This document shows, one piece after another, positions 47,615 to 59,400 of a DNA stretch of 64,000 nucleotides. Positions within the stretch are counted from its first letter, which is position 1. Each line of letters begins with the position of its first letter. A program made the translations under genes and the position numbers. The DNA comes from Squalus acanthias. Taxonomy: Eukaryota. The stretch lies in assembly GCA_030390025.1 (NCBI GenBank), contig CM059439.1:75640001-75704000 (forward strand). The letters run 5' to 3'. Under the pieces are notes generated by a model. That model was not told where the DNA came from. It made no database searches and saw only the letters and a list, made by a program, of their open reading frames with translations.

Positions 47615-50473
47615 TTTCAAATAAAACTGTTGGACTATAACCTGGTGTTGTGCGACTTCTCACTTTTGTCCACCCCAGTCCAACACCGTCATCTCCGCAT
47701 TTTGTGGTATATATCAATGATCTTGACTTGAATATATGGGGTATGATTAAGAAGTTTGCAGATGATACTAAAATCGGCTGTGTGGTTGATACTGAAGAAG
47801 GAAGCTGTAGACTGCAGGATATCAAATCAATAAATTGGTCAGGTGGGCAGAACAGTGGCAAATGGAATTCAATCTGGAGAAGTGTGAGGTAATGCATTTG
47901 GGGAGGGCTAACAAGGAAAGGGAATACATATTAAATGGTAGGACACTGAGCAGCGTAGAGGAACAAAGGGACCTTGGAGTGCATGTCCACAGATCCCTGA
48001 AGGGAGCAGGCCAAGTAGATAAGGTGGTTAAGAAGGCATACGGAATGCTTGCCTTTATTAGCCATGGCATAGAATACAAGAGCAGGGAGGTTATGCTTCA
48101 ACTGTATAAAACACTAGTTAGGCCTCAGCTAGAGTACTGCGTGCAGTTCTGGTCACCACATTACAGGAAAGATGTGATTGCTCGAGAGGATACAGAGGAG
48201 ATTTACAAGGATGTTGCTGGGAGTAGAGAATCTTAGCTATGAGGAAAGACTGGATAGGCTGGGTCTGTTTTCCATGGAACAGAGGAGACCTTATTGAGGT
48301 GTATAAAATTATGAGGGGCACAGATAAAGTGGATAGAAAGGACCTATTTCCCTTAGCAGAGGGGTCAAAAACCAGGGGGCACAGATTTAAAGTAATTGGT
48401 GGAAGGTTTAGAGGGGATTTGAGGGGAAATTTCTTCACCCAGAGGGTTGTGGAGGTCTAGAACTCACTGCCTGAAAGGGTGGTAGAGGCAGGAACCCTAA
48501 CCACATTTAAAAAGTACTTGGATGTACACTTGGGATGCTCTAACCTGCAGGGCTACAGACCAAGAGCTGGGTAGTGGGATTAGGCTGGATAGCTCTTTGT
48601 TGGCCGGCGCAGACACGATGGGCTGAAATGGCCTCCTTCCGTGCTGTAACTTCTATGATTCTATGATGAACCAAGACGTGATCTTGAACCACTTGATCAC
48701 AAACTCATACATGAGTTTGACTCAGTTCAGACTTCAGTAACTGAAGTACCAGGTTCAAACAAGTCTCAGATAGAAACAGGATCAGAGTTTGGAACCAAAA
48801 TACAACAGCCTGAAAATTGGTTCAACACCAAAACCTTCTTTAAAAGATCAGGAAGGCTCTGCAAACCGGTTATTAAAATGGATTTGTAGTTCATTTAAAT
48901 GAAAAAATGCCAGGAGTTTTTGTTGTGTGGTACATATAATGCTGGGAAATGTGGGACCATAGTTTTGTTGTATTTGAGGGGAATACATACTTTTTTTTTA
49001 AAAAAGAGGAAAGCAGTGTAATATATTATCACATGGTATGTCACATGGTTTAATATGAGCATGCTCAGTTTGCTCTGGCCCAGTAAAGCAACTCATCCTG
49101 TCTCTGTCCTTCATTTGTTCTATCCACATATATTACAATGGGAAACACTCAAAGTACTAATTAATTTCAAAAGCTAGCAACAACACTATACCAGAGTTCC
49201 TTTACCAAGTTTGTTCCAAGAATAACCTGTTTTCTTAGATATGACATAGCAAGAACCACAAATATTCACGGTCCTTCAAGAGCTGAAATCAAAGACTCTT
49301 TCTCACGTCTTGCATCTTTGAGAAACAGTGTGCATTGTTTTATGAAAATAAATTTTTAAGAGCACTTATTTACAATAGGTAGCTTGAAATATAATGTTTT
49401 AGTAGCTCAGGAAGATTCACTGTAGAATATAGGCCTGAGCCACAAAGATAAGGAAAGTCGCAGGTTTGATCCTGGCCCATGCGAAGTTAGCCTCAAGCTA
49501 GAAAGTGATGGAGAGAATAAAATAAGTGAAGGGTACCCACTCCTGATCAATACCCAGTGACCTCCCCCCTTACCCTCTTAGCAAGTGTGCTTGTGTGAAC
49601 ATGGTCAGTCTTGGCAGTGATCCTTCCCGTGTGTCTCCACCAGCCCTCCACATTGAATAGCCACACACCATCTAGACTGGCACGTGACAAAATGGCCACT
49701 TAGGCAGGGGAACCAGAGGTCGACAGGTGCCCATGCAACCATCCCCCCAGCATGAATTGATGTGAGCAGAGGGCAGCAGAGAAGAGGTTGGGAAAATAAG
49801 TGAAATTTTTTAAGTGCACTTGATGCTTGTCCAGCTACACTTGCTCTGACTACAAAGACTCGCAAGTGCGTGCCTTGGGAGATCGTAGAGATCATAAATA
49901 TTGCAACCGCAAAAAATAATCTCGTCTGAGTAGCTGTAAAACTTTAATAGTGTTGGAAAATGTCATAGACTGTGCCAGTTGGAGTAGTCTGCTGCATTTT
50001 ACTTTGGTTCCATGAGTGTAATACATTAAATAATTGTTATTGAAGATGCAACATTACAGGAAGTCAGCTCACATTAACAAGCAACAATGACCCACTAGTT
50101 TAAAAAGCAAGGGTAGAATTTTATCATAGTCATCAGTGCTACTGAACTTCCAAGTTTGTACGCACCAACGAAAGCATTTAATCCACACTGTACCTCAGGC
50201 AGTATAAATACCATTGGACTATTGGAATCTCAATTAGTGTCCACATACGGTATAGTTATGTGCCACTGCCTAGTTTAGTGCTGGGGAAAAACTGTATAAA
50301 GCAAGGGGCAAGTCTGAGGCCAATCTTTGTATGTGTCCCAACATGCGTTAGCCGTGGCTCACTTGTAGCAATCTCACCCGAGTCAGAAGGTTGCTGATTC
50401 AAGCCCCACTCCAGAGACTTGAAGATAAAATCTAGGCTAACACTCCAGTACAGTACCGAGGGAGTGCTGAATT

Positions 50474-52630
50474 AGATACATAGATACATAGAAGATAGGA
50501 GCAGGAGTAGGCCATCCGGCCCTTCGAGCCTGCTCCGCCATTTAATGAGATCATGGCTGATCCTTCAATTCAGTATCCCGTCCCCGCCTTCTCTCCGTAA
50601 CCCTTAACCCCTTTTGCCTGTAGAAATATATCTAATTCCCTCTTAAATATATTTAATGAGCTGGCGTACACTGCCCTCTGTGGCAATGAGTTCCACAGGT
50701 TCACCACTCTCTGAGTGAAGAAATTCCCCCTCATTTCTGTCCTAAATGGTTTAGCCCTTATCCTTAAATTATGTCCTCTAGTTCTGTTCTCACCCGCCAA
50801 GGGAAACATTCCTTCTGCATCTAATCTGTCTAGACCTGTCAGAATTTTATACACTTCTATGAGGTCCCCTCTCAATCTTCTAAACTCCAGTGTGTACATC
50901 CCTAAACTACATAGTCTCTCCTCATAGGTCAATCCCGCCATTCCTGGTATCAGCCTGGTGAATCGCCGCTGCACCCCCTCCATGGCAAGAACATCTTTCC
51001 TCAGATGAGGCGACCAAAACTGTACACAGTACTCGAGGTGTGGTCTCACCAGTGCCCTGTACAGCTGCAGCAAGGTATCCCTGTTCCTGTATTCCAACCC
51101 TTTTGCTATGAAGGCCAGCATACCGTTTGCCTTCTTGACCGCCTGTTGCACCTGCATGCTCGCCTTCAGTGACTGGTGTACAAGAACACCCAGGTCTCTC
51201 TGTACTTCCCCCTCTCCCAATTTATTGCCATTTAAATAATAATTTGCCCTCCCGTTCCTGCACCCAAGGTGGATAACTTCGCACTTGTCCACATTATAGT
51301 GCATCTGCCATTTATCCGCCCAATCACCCAGTCTGTCCAAATCGCTCTGGAGCTTCCTGGTCTCCTCCTCTGAGCCCACCCCCCCTCCTAGTTTAGTGTC
51401 GTCTGCAAATTTGGAAATGCTGCATTCGACTCCCTGATCCAGGTCATTAATATAAATTGTGAACAGCTGGGGACCCAGGACAGATCCCTGTGGTACCCCA
51501 CTTGTTACTGCCTGCCATTCAGAAAATGAGCCGTTTATTCCAACTCTCTGTTTTCTATCTGACAGCCAGTTCTCTATCCACGTCAATACTTTCCCCTTTA
51601 TCCCATGAGCTTCAATTTTCCATGCTAATCTTTTATGTGGGACCTTATCGAAGGCCTTTTGGAAGTCCAGGTACACCACATCTACTGGCTCTCCCCCATC
51701 TATTTTACCAGTTACTCCCTCAAAAAATTCCAATAGATTAGTCAAGCACGATTTACCCTTTGTAAATCCATGTTGACTCTGTCCTATCCTGTCCCCATTT
51801 GCTAAGTGCTCGGCTATTTCATCCTTAATGATGGACTCCAGCATTTTGCCCACAACTGATGTAAGGCTTACAGGTCTGTAATTACCTGCTTTTTCCCTAC
51901 CCCCCTTTTTGAATAGTGGGGTAACGTTAGCTACCCTCCAATCCATGGGCACTGTTCCCGAGTCTAATGAATTCTGAAAAATCATGCTTAGTGCATCCGC
52001 TATCTCTAGGGCCACCTCCTTCAGTACCCTAGGATGCATGTTATCAGGCCCTGGGGATTTGTCCGCCTTCAATCCCTTTAGCTTCCTTAACACCATATCC
52101 TTAGAGATATTGATTTGCGTCAGTTCCTCCTTTGCCAATGTCCCTATTTTTCCCGATATCCCAGGGAGGTTTTTTGTGTCTTCCTTCGTAAAGACTGACC
52201 CAAAGTATGCATTTAGTTGGTCTGCCATTTCCTTATTTCCCATTATATATTCCCCCGTATCTGACTGCAATGGACCAACTTTGGTTTTCACCAGTCTTTT
52301 CCTCTTGATATACTTATAAAAGCTTTTGGAGTTAGTTTTTATATTTTCCGCCAGCTTGCTTTCGTAAGCTATTTTGCCCTTCTTGATTAAGCCCTTTGCC
52401 CTCCTTTGCTCTATCTTAAACTGTTCCCAATCTTCCGCTCTGGCGCGTTTTTTGGCTATTTTATACGCCCTATCTTTGGATTTTATGCTGTCTCTAATTT
52501 CCCCTGTTATCCACGGTTGAGTCACCTTTTTAGATTTCCTTTTATGCCAGATTGGTATAAACAATTTTTGCAATTTTGTCATTCTATCTTTAAATGCTTG
52601 CCATTGTTTATCTACCTCCAGTCCTCCCAG
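50474..52630 (-). mobile_element. Young 5'-truncated CR1 LINE
   Basis: Uninterrupted ORF2 frame, 3' UTR and an octamer tail (TATGTATC)n. Confidence 0.95.
50570..52582 (-). CDS. CR1 ORF2 reverse transcriptase (partial, lacks the endonuclease)
   Basis: NYRPVSLTS, QHGF, YLDFQKAFDKVPH, GVPQGSVLGP, FADD, VRPHLEYCVQFWSP. The frame stays open to the truncation point, so the Met is internal. Confidence 0.9.
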   Translation of the reverse strand: MTKLQKLFIPIWHKRKSKKVTQPWITGEIRDSIKSKDRAYKIAKKRARAEDWEQFKIEQRRAKGLIKKGKIAYESKLAENIKTNSKSFYKYIKRKRLVKTKVGPLQSDTGEYIMGNKEMADQLNAYFGSVFTKEDTKNLPGISGKIGTLAKEELTQINISKDMVLRKLKGLKADKSPGPDNMHPRVLKEVALEIADALSMIFQNSLDSGTVPMDWRVANVTPLFKKGGREKAGNYRPVSLTSVVGKMLESIIKDEIAEHLANGDRIGQSQHGFTKGKSCLTNLLEFFEGVTGKIDGGEPVDVVYLDFQKAFDKVPHKRLAWKIEAHGIKGKVLTWIENWLSDRKQRVGINGSFSEWQAVTSGVPQGSVLGPQLFTIYINDLDQGVECSISKFADDTKLGGGVGSEEETRKLQSDLDRLGDWADKWQMHYNVDKCEVIHLGCRNGRANYYLNGNKLGEGEVQRDLGVLVHQSLKASMQVQQAVKKANGMLAFIAKGLEYRNRDTLLQLYRALVRPHLEYCVQFWSPHLRKDVLAMEGVQRRFTRLIPGMAGLTYEERLCSLGMYTLEFRRLRGDLIEVYKILTGLDRLDAEGMFPLAGENRTRGHNLRIRAKPFRTEMRGNFFTQRVVNLWNSLPQRAVYASSLNIFKRELDIFLQAKGVKGYGEKAGTGY

Positions 52631-53207
52631 AATTGTCAGAGGTGCTGTCTTTCAGATGAGATGATAAACCGAGGCTGTGTGCCCTCTCAGATGGATGTAA
52701 AAGATCCCATGGCACTATTCAAAGAAGAGCAGGGGAGTTCTCCCCAGTGTCCTGGCTAATACTTATTCCTCAAACAACACCACTAAAACAGATTATCTGG
52801 TCATTATCACATTGCAGTTTGTGGGAGCTTGCTGTTGCAATTGGCTGCTGCGTTTCCTATATTACAACAGTAATGCTGGCTGTGAAGCACTTTGGTATGG
52901 TCGGAGGTACTCTATAAATGCAAGTCTTTTTCTCTAGCAGAAAAGTCATTTGACAATTAAAAAAAAAATTCAATGACCATATTAATGATGCAAAATCAAG
53001 CAGCAGTTTTGTACATTAATGCTGGTAGCATCAATGACTCAAATTAATTTTTATATCCTTGGCCCCTTCATCACCACTGTACAGTGGAATCTCAATTTAC
53101 ACCATAATCCTCAGCTCCAGATGGTCTCCTAGGAGTAAAGCTGAAAATATCTGCCAAATGGATAGTAAATTCTCCAAGATACTGGACAACCAACGATTAC
53201 TTACCTC

Positions 53208-53918
53208 AGGCCTCGATATTTAAAGCCCCCACACCCCACCCCGGGGAAGCGGGGTGCAGGGGCACGGGAGTTGAAGAGTTAAATATGGGGACCACATCCT
53301 CAACATGCCTGCTGACTTTTCTCTTTCCTTCCCCACCCCCCACCTGCGGATATCGGGACGTCAGCGTGTCCAGCCTCCCCACAGCAGGACACCTAATTAA
53401 AATATTTAAATCGAGCGCGATCAGGAGCCCAATTTAAAATTAACTGATGCTGCGCAGGTTCCCACAGGGTCGGGAAACCTGACAGTGAAAGGGATGTGGG
53501 AGCTGCCTGCTCCACAAGGCAAGTGCCCTTTTCAGCACACCTGGTGGGCCAGGAGGAGCAGGAATGCCTTCCGTTTCTCCCAGCCCCGATCAACAGTCAG
53601 CCAATGTCTCTTCTCTCCCTCCCCACCCCTGATGGCTTGCCGGCCTCTCATCCCACTATCCCCCAACCACCCCTCCGATCACGGCCTCTCTTCTCTCTTT
53701 TCCTTCCCCCCACATCGCAGCCTCCTTCTCCTCCTTCCCCCCCCCACCAAGGGCCCCAGTTGCAGCCTCCTCCTGTTGCTGGTGTTGCCTCCCAGGCTGT
53801 CAATTTGGCCGGCTGCCAGGTGCAAAACAGATCCAAAATAAAAATGCCATGAGATCCTGCCATTAAGTTTCAGCAGGACCTTCCCATTCCCAGCCTCCCC
53901 ACCAAGATCGGGGTCTCA
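53208..53918. mobile_element. MITE-like GC-rich element, decayed
   Basis: Imperfect ends AGGCCTCGATATT / AAGATCGGGGTCT; GC-rich body contrasting with the flanks. Confidence 0.45.
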
Positions 53919-54177
53919 GTCTCTGAAATCAATTGAAAATACTCGATTGCACTTTAATTGGCTCATGCAAAAATTAAGCCCGATTATTCTGGTCTCCCAA
54001 CCCCCATGAAAATTCTTGTGGCTAGTCAATCAAGGTGCCAAAACCTAACTTCATAAAGACTGAAAGCAGTGTGCATTGGCTTTAAATTTAGTCGGTGCTG
54101 CATTGTTTTACGAGCTTTAGCAAACAAAAAATTCAATCATTCACTTCCTTGTTTAGACAAAGCACTGGTGGATATAA

Positions 54178-54869
54178 AGGGCCCGGAATTTGCGTCAGCA
54201 GCGAAGCAACAGTGATCGCTGCTGACCTCGAAGAAAGCTGCCCCTAAAGATCTTGCGATCTGTGGCGAAAACGTGAGCTTTCTCTGTTAAATTGATTGTA
54301 GCGCTGTCAAAAGGGTATCCCCAGCGCAGAGCAGCAGTGATGACATCAAGCTGTCCAAGCAGCCAATCACATTGAAGAATTCTCAGACAGTAAACCAGGA
54401 AATAAAAAGCACTGATTATTAAGTCACTTGCTAAATTTTTTATTTTACAGAAGTAAAGATCGTGAAATACATATGGGGTTAAGGCAGAAGCTGAAATATT
54501 AAAAAACCTAATAAATCTAGTAATTTTCCAAGATAGAGAAATTTGACATTCCACAAATATAAAATTAGTTCTTCAAGGCAGAACAGTATACACTGTTAAA
54601 ACCCCCAGATACAATAAGGCTCAACTTTTAATGGGATGTTTAACAGCTATATTACAGTGGAAAAGCTTACAACTGATTTCAGCGATTGCCGGCTCTGGGG
54701 AGTTCCACAGCGCAGCCTGTGGCAGAGCAGGGAATGCAGACCGCAACTTCAGGTTTTCCTCGTTTAGCTGCGCATGGGCCAAATCCTGAAGTTATGGTCA
54801 GGTTCAGAGGGGGTGATGACGGCGAATGCTGACAGTTCGCCATCATTACCGCTGCAAAATCCAGGCCAA
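54178..54869 (+). mobile_element. MITE-like DNA transposon, copy 1
   Basis: TIRs GGCCCGGAATTTGC / GCAAAATCCAGGCC; colinear with 61518-62277. Confidence 0.8.
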
Positions 54870-56484
54870 TGTTTTTGTTGTTTAGAAGTCATCACATTTC
54901 AATCTAGTAAGACAATGAGAATTTAAAAAAAGAATTGTTTGATGTTTTACAGCCACCACTGGCAATCTCAGCAAGAGAAACTATGGAAAGTCTATGCTTA
55001 CAAAATCAACAAAATTATTTAAAAAAGTGTTTCCAATAAATTTCTAAAATAAAGGCTACCAGCTGTCAATATATTGTCTTCGACCTTTACAACACGTATT
55101 TTGTCCTCTCCTGTTCCTTCCTCTCACACACTATTTGTCATTCTTTTCATCTGTTCTGCAATGGAAACACCAGGCTCTCAGCATCTCCTGCTCGGCTTTC
55201 CTCCTTTACAGCCTCCCGTTTAATTACTGGCAACTCATTTATTTTTGTATAACACTTAGCTTTTTCTAGATAACCTAACATCATGGCTTCCTTTTCAAAA
55301 CTGCCCCTCCCGGCTGATCCTAGGCTTTTAAAAGGGACGCCCAGAAACAGAGCAGCATCTGGGGTTCACCAGATAGATACTCTTGGCTTCTTCCCACACC
55401 CCTCGGGCCTCCTCTCACTGCGCCCCCACCCACACTCTGAGCTTCTTCTCACTCCCCCCTACATTCACTGCATGGTGCAACAAAAGAAGAAACATTATAG
55501 AAGGACCTTTCTTCCAGTATCTCTCAAATTCTTTTGAATGCTCATAATAGTGCCAGCCAAAAATATATACATAATCCAGCACAGCAAGTCACTCTCCCCC
55601 GCTCCACAAACACACAGCAATAAATCAAAACTGGCGTGTTTTTACAGCATTTTTAACAGATGGAGCAATTAAGAGATCAACAGGGATTAAGGAAATCCTT
55701 GAAGCATATTAATATTCAAAGTTAAGCCTGATTGGGGTGTTGAAGTTAAATATGTAGTGGAGAAAAATCAATTATACCTTAATATATACCGGTTAAAAAT
55801 TTATAAAGTATACATCCCCAAGAACATTGCTTTCTTTGCTTTAATAGTCACAACACCACAACATGCTGGCAGTGAACAGAAGGATTGCCTAGCAGATGAC
55901 ATGTTATTTTCCTGTATCCTGTCCAGGAACTAGTTTGAAAATCTGATTTGAATTTTGAATTTGTTTACCTAATGTTGGAGAGAACATATGTGGCAGAAGA
56001 GATGGAGGGTGGCCAGCAAATGAAACACTGTCAAAGATGCATCATTAACCCCAATTAAAAAGGTGAAAACATTCCTCAGCGGTTAGTGGTTAAAAAATAA
56101 TTTAACTTAAGTGATCTAATTTTTTTTTTTTAATATATAGGAAAGAAACAAGAACTGGAGCAGTCAGTCATCAGCACTACGCCCACCATTTGACATCATG
56201 TGGTCTAATCCGGTTTTGATGATTGCATATAGAGTCAATGTGTACTGCCTTCATAGAGGATGGACAACCAAGTTTGGAATCTACAGGACATTAGCCCACC
56301 ATCCTCAATGGTTAGTGGTTGTTTAAAAGAGCCTTTAAAAATTTACACCGACTACTTATTTTAACGCAAGCAGCAAATTTAGTACAGATCTCTATTCTAC
56401 CACCCTGGACATCCTTACCCCTCTGCTCCTCTTATATTCTCTGTTTGCTGCAAACCTCAAGACTTAAACTGTTTTACTTGCATT

Positions 56485-59400
56485 CATAGGAATAGGAGGC
56501 CTCTCGAGCCTGCTCCACCATTCATTCAATCAGATCATGGCTGATTTATACCTCATGTCCATTTGTAATGGAATAAGCCATACTCCAAGAAATACATTAT
56601 CCTATAAACAGATTTCTAATATTATTAATACAAGACATACTGAGTTTAAAAGTCTGGAAAGCCTTGGCAACACAGGCTGCAAACACAATACAGGCTTCTG
56701 AGATAAGATGAAGTGTTAACACAAAAGCTGTAAAACACCACAAGCTTTGAAATGGGAGATGGTTGTAAACACAAAAACAATGCCCCTATTGAAGCAAACC
56801 ATTGGCGCTTCCAGAATGTCTAGAGTTTGGAACAAAACAATAGCAATGCCCAAGTAAAGTGTCAAAATCTAACACGTCAAACAGGTGCACAGAAAATTAA
56901 AAAAACCAAGAGCCTTTGAAAAAATGACATCAAGTAAAAGAAATACCTGCCGTAAAATAGTTTTATGTTAAACTTAGAAACAGGAAACACGATTAAATAT
57001 GCAACCAATTGAGATAGCAAGAAAACAAGTAAACACCCCAAGAGAAGGGTTTTCAATTTACAAATTGTAAAAGATACCTACAGAGAGGCTTTGAAAATAT
57101 AATATCAATAGATGACACCAAGCAATTACATTGTGTTTGTATTGAACTTGGAACACCACGGAGTCACGACATCTGGCTTACAAGCAGTTAAGTGATATTA
57201 AGAATTCAATATAAAGACTTCCTAAGAATAGCATCAAATAGATAAATCGACAATAACCATAAAAATGATAAGTTTTTGAAACACCTAAAAGGTAGAGACA
57301 GAATTCTAAAAGTTGGCAGCTGAAATGACAGTAAGAATAGAAAAGAATTCAATCGAGAATGGCTAGAGATAATTAGCTTACATCAGCAGACCACTTCAAA
57401 GGATATACCACAAAAAAAAGGTATAAAAATAGAGCTTTTCAGATAGAGAGTCAGAAGTCGCTGGGAAGGGGCAGAGCGATTCTCACCTTCAGAACCACTC
57501 TGTAGGCCTACAACTCTGAGTCTCGGGTAATCAAGGTATTTGATTTTGGTGGATATTCTAGATTAAGAAATAAGTAGAAGTGTGGAAATGTAACGAAGTT
57601 AAGATTTGAGAATAAGGATCTCTGATAAGAAATGTAAGCCATTTGTATTTTGAACAATTAAAGTTGCGATTGCCATACCAGCTGTTAACTAAATGTCAGT
57701 TCTTTAATAAATCTATATATTTTAAAAATTGTCTCAATGAGTATTTCTGTATCAATCTCGCAAACTCAATTTCTGTACACTCTTCAGTGAGGAGTTGCAG
57801 AATTCTGGGGGGTTTTCCGGACCCTCATAATATCCAAAAGGTTACAGTCTAGTTAAACTTGTTAAAAGTGCTATCCGGAGGACGGTAACATCTTCAGGCC
57901 ATTCCTTTCCTTCAGGGAGAGATATTCTGAACCTTTAGACCCAATTAAGCGTCTCGAGGATTCGGCTACCGCTAACTTCAGTTGAAGGTGAATGTCTGGG
58001 GAATACGCCTGATCTGGGGTAGTCCGAAAGGGCTAGGACTTGTAATTATCCCTTCACATTTACCCACCTTTGATCCATATCCCTGGATACTATTACCCAA
58101 CAAAAATCTACCTCTCCGTCTTGAAATTTTTAATTGACGCAGCAATCTTAGCCTGTTAGGAGCTCCACATTTCCACTACCCTGTGTGAACAATTCCCTCC
58201 TGATTTCACACCTAAAAGACTTGGCTCTAATTTTAAGATTGTGCCACCTTTTTCCTGGCATCCTCCATCAAAGGAAATATACTCTTTTTATCTACTCCAT
58301 CAAATCCCTTTATCATCTTAAACAAATCAATTAGATCACCCTTCAACCTTCTAAACACAAGCCTAGCTTATGCAATCTATTCTTATAATTTAACCCTTTA
58401 AGCCACAGTATCATTCTGTTAAATCTGGGCTGTACCCCCTCCAAGGCCAATATATCCTTCCCGGAGTGCAGTGCCCAAAACTGAATGCAGTCCTCCAGAT
58501 GGAGTCTGACCAATGCTCTGTACAACTGAAGCATTACTTCCTCAATTTTGTATTCCAACCTCCTTGAGCCTTTTTGATTACTTTTTGTACCTGTGCACTA
58601 GCTTTGAGTGATGTGTGTACATGGACACCTAAATTTCCCTGCTCATCCACAGCTCCTAAATCTCTCACCATTAAGAAAATATACCAATTTCTCTCGCTTT
58701 GATCCAAAGTGGTTAACCTCACACTTCCCCACATGGAACTCCATTCTGGCAGTTTTGCCTACTCACCTAATCTGTATGTCCCTTTATAATAGCCATCTGC
58801 ACCACTTACTGTGCCTCGTAAGTTGGTGTCATCTACAAACTTGGATATGCAACTCTATTCCTTCATCCAAGTCATTGATATGTGGTAAAAAGATTAATCC
58901 CAAGTAGAGAGAGCTGGGAAGCACCATTGACACATACCAATCAGAGAACCCTTTATCCATACTCGGTCTCCTAACTCCCAATCAATCAATTACCGATCAA
59001 TGCCACAAGGTTCTCTCTATTTCGGGGTACTTTTACTTTTGCCAATAACCTCTTGTGTGGAACCTTATCAAATGACTTCTGGAAGTCCATATAGATAACA
59101 ATCCATAGCCCTTATCTACCTTATTAGTGATTACCTCAAAAAATTCAACTAGATTAGTCAGATATGACCTATGCTTCATACATCCATGCCGACTCAGCAG
59201 CTCACACTTGTCAGTACGTCCTCAGTCACTGTCTCTGATGATAGTTGCAGGGAAGTTATTGGAATCTAATTGGTTTCCTGGATTCTCCCTCCCATCTTAA
59301 TGATAAATAATAATAATTGCATTTGCAATTTTACAATCCAACTGCACAATTCCAAAATCTAGGGAACTTTGGAAATTATAACCAACACAGCTCCAATTTA

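Larger units (their letters stand above)
46813..47700 (+). mobile_element. Large Penelope-like fold-back insertion (family B): 420-bp inverted arms, 15-nt loop, 33-nt tail
   Basis: Arms 46813-47232 and 47248-47667; TSD TTTGTGGTATATA at 46801-46813 and 47701-47713; hammerhead motifs in both arms. Confidence 0.9.
46730..48665 (+). mobile_element. 5'-truncated CR1 LINE, split by the Penelope-like hairpin
   Basis: SGVPQGSVLGPLLFVVY | INDLD..KFADDTK..VRPQLEYCVQFWSP; tail TTCTATGATTCTATGA. Confidence 0.92.
46515..49137 (+). mobile_element. 3' remnant of a second, older Gypsy element (integrase C-terminus, PPT, short 3' LTR), split by a CR1
   Basis: WDVGTIVEVGGTKKYLVELGDNFRSVHIDQM (46620-46720). 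After the CR1: KRSGRLCKPVIKMDL* (ends 48889), purine tract 49000-49016, and a 121-bp LTR TGTAATATA...TATATTACA (49017-49137). Confidence 0.7.
50348..52935 (+). mobile_element. Deu-SINE split by a CR1 (head 50348-50473, body 52630-52935)
   Basis: The two halves join into the family consensus; GAATT is duplicated at 50469-50473 and 52630-52634. Confidence 0.85.

Noticed and set aside
46813-47667. miRNA precursor, or pure assembly fold-back artefact
   Set aside because: Far too long for a pre-miRNA. The arms differ by substitutions and a micro-inversion, and a TSD flanks the unit, which argues against a read-chimera artefact.
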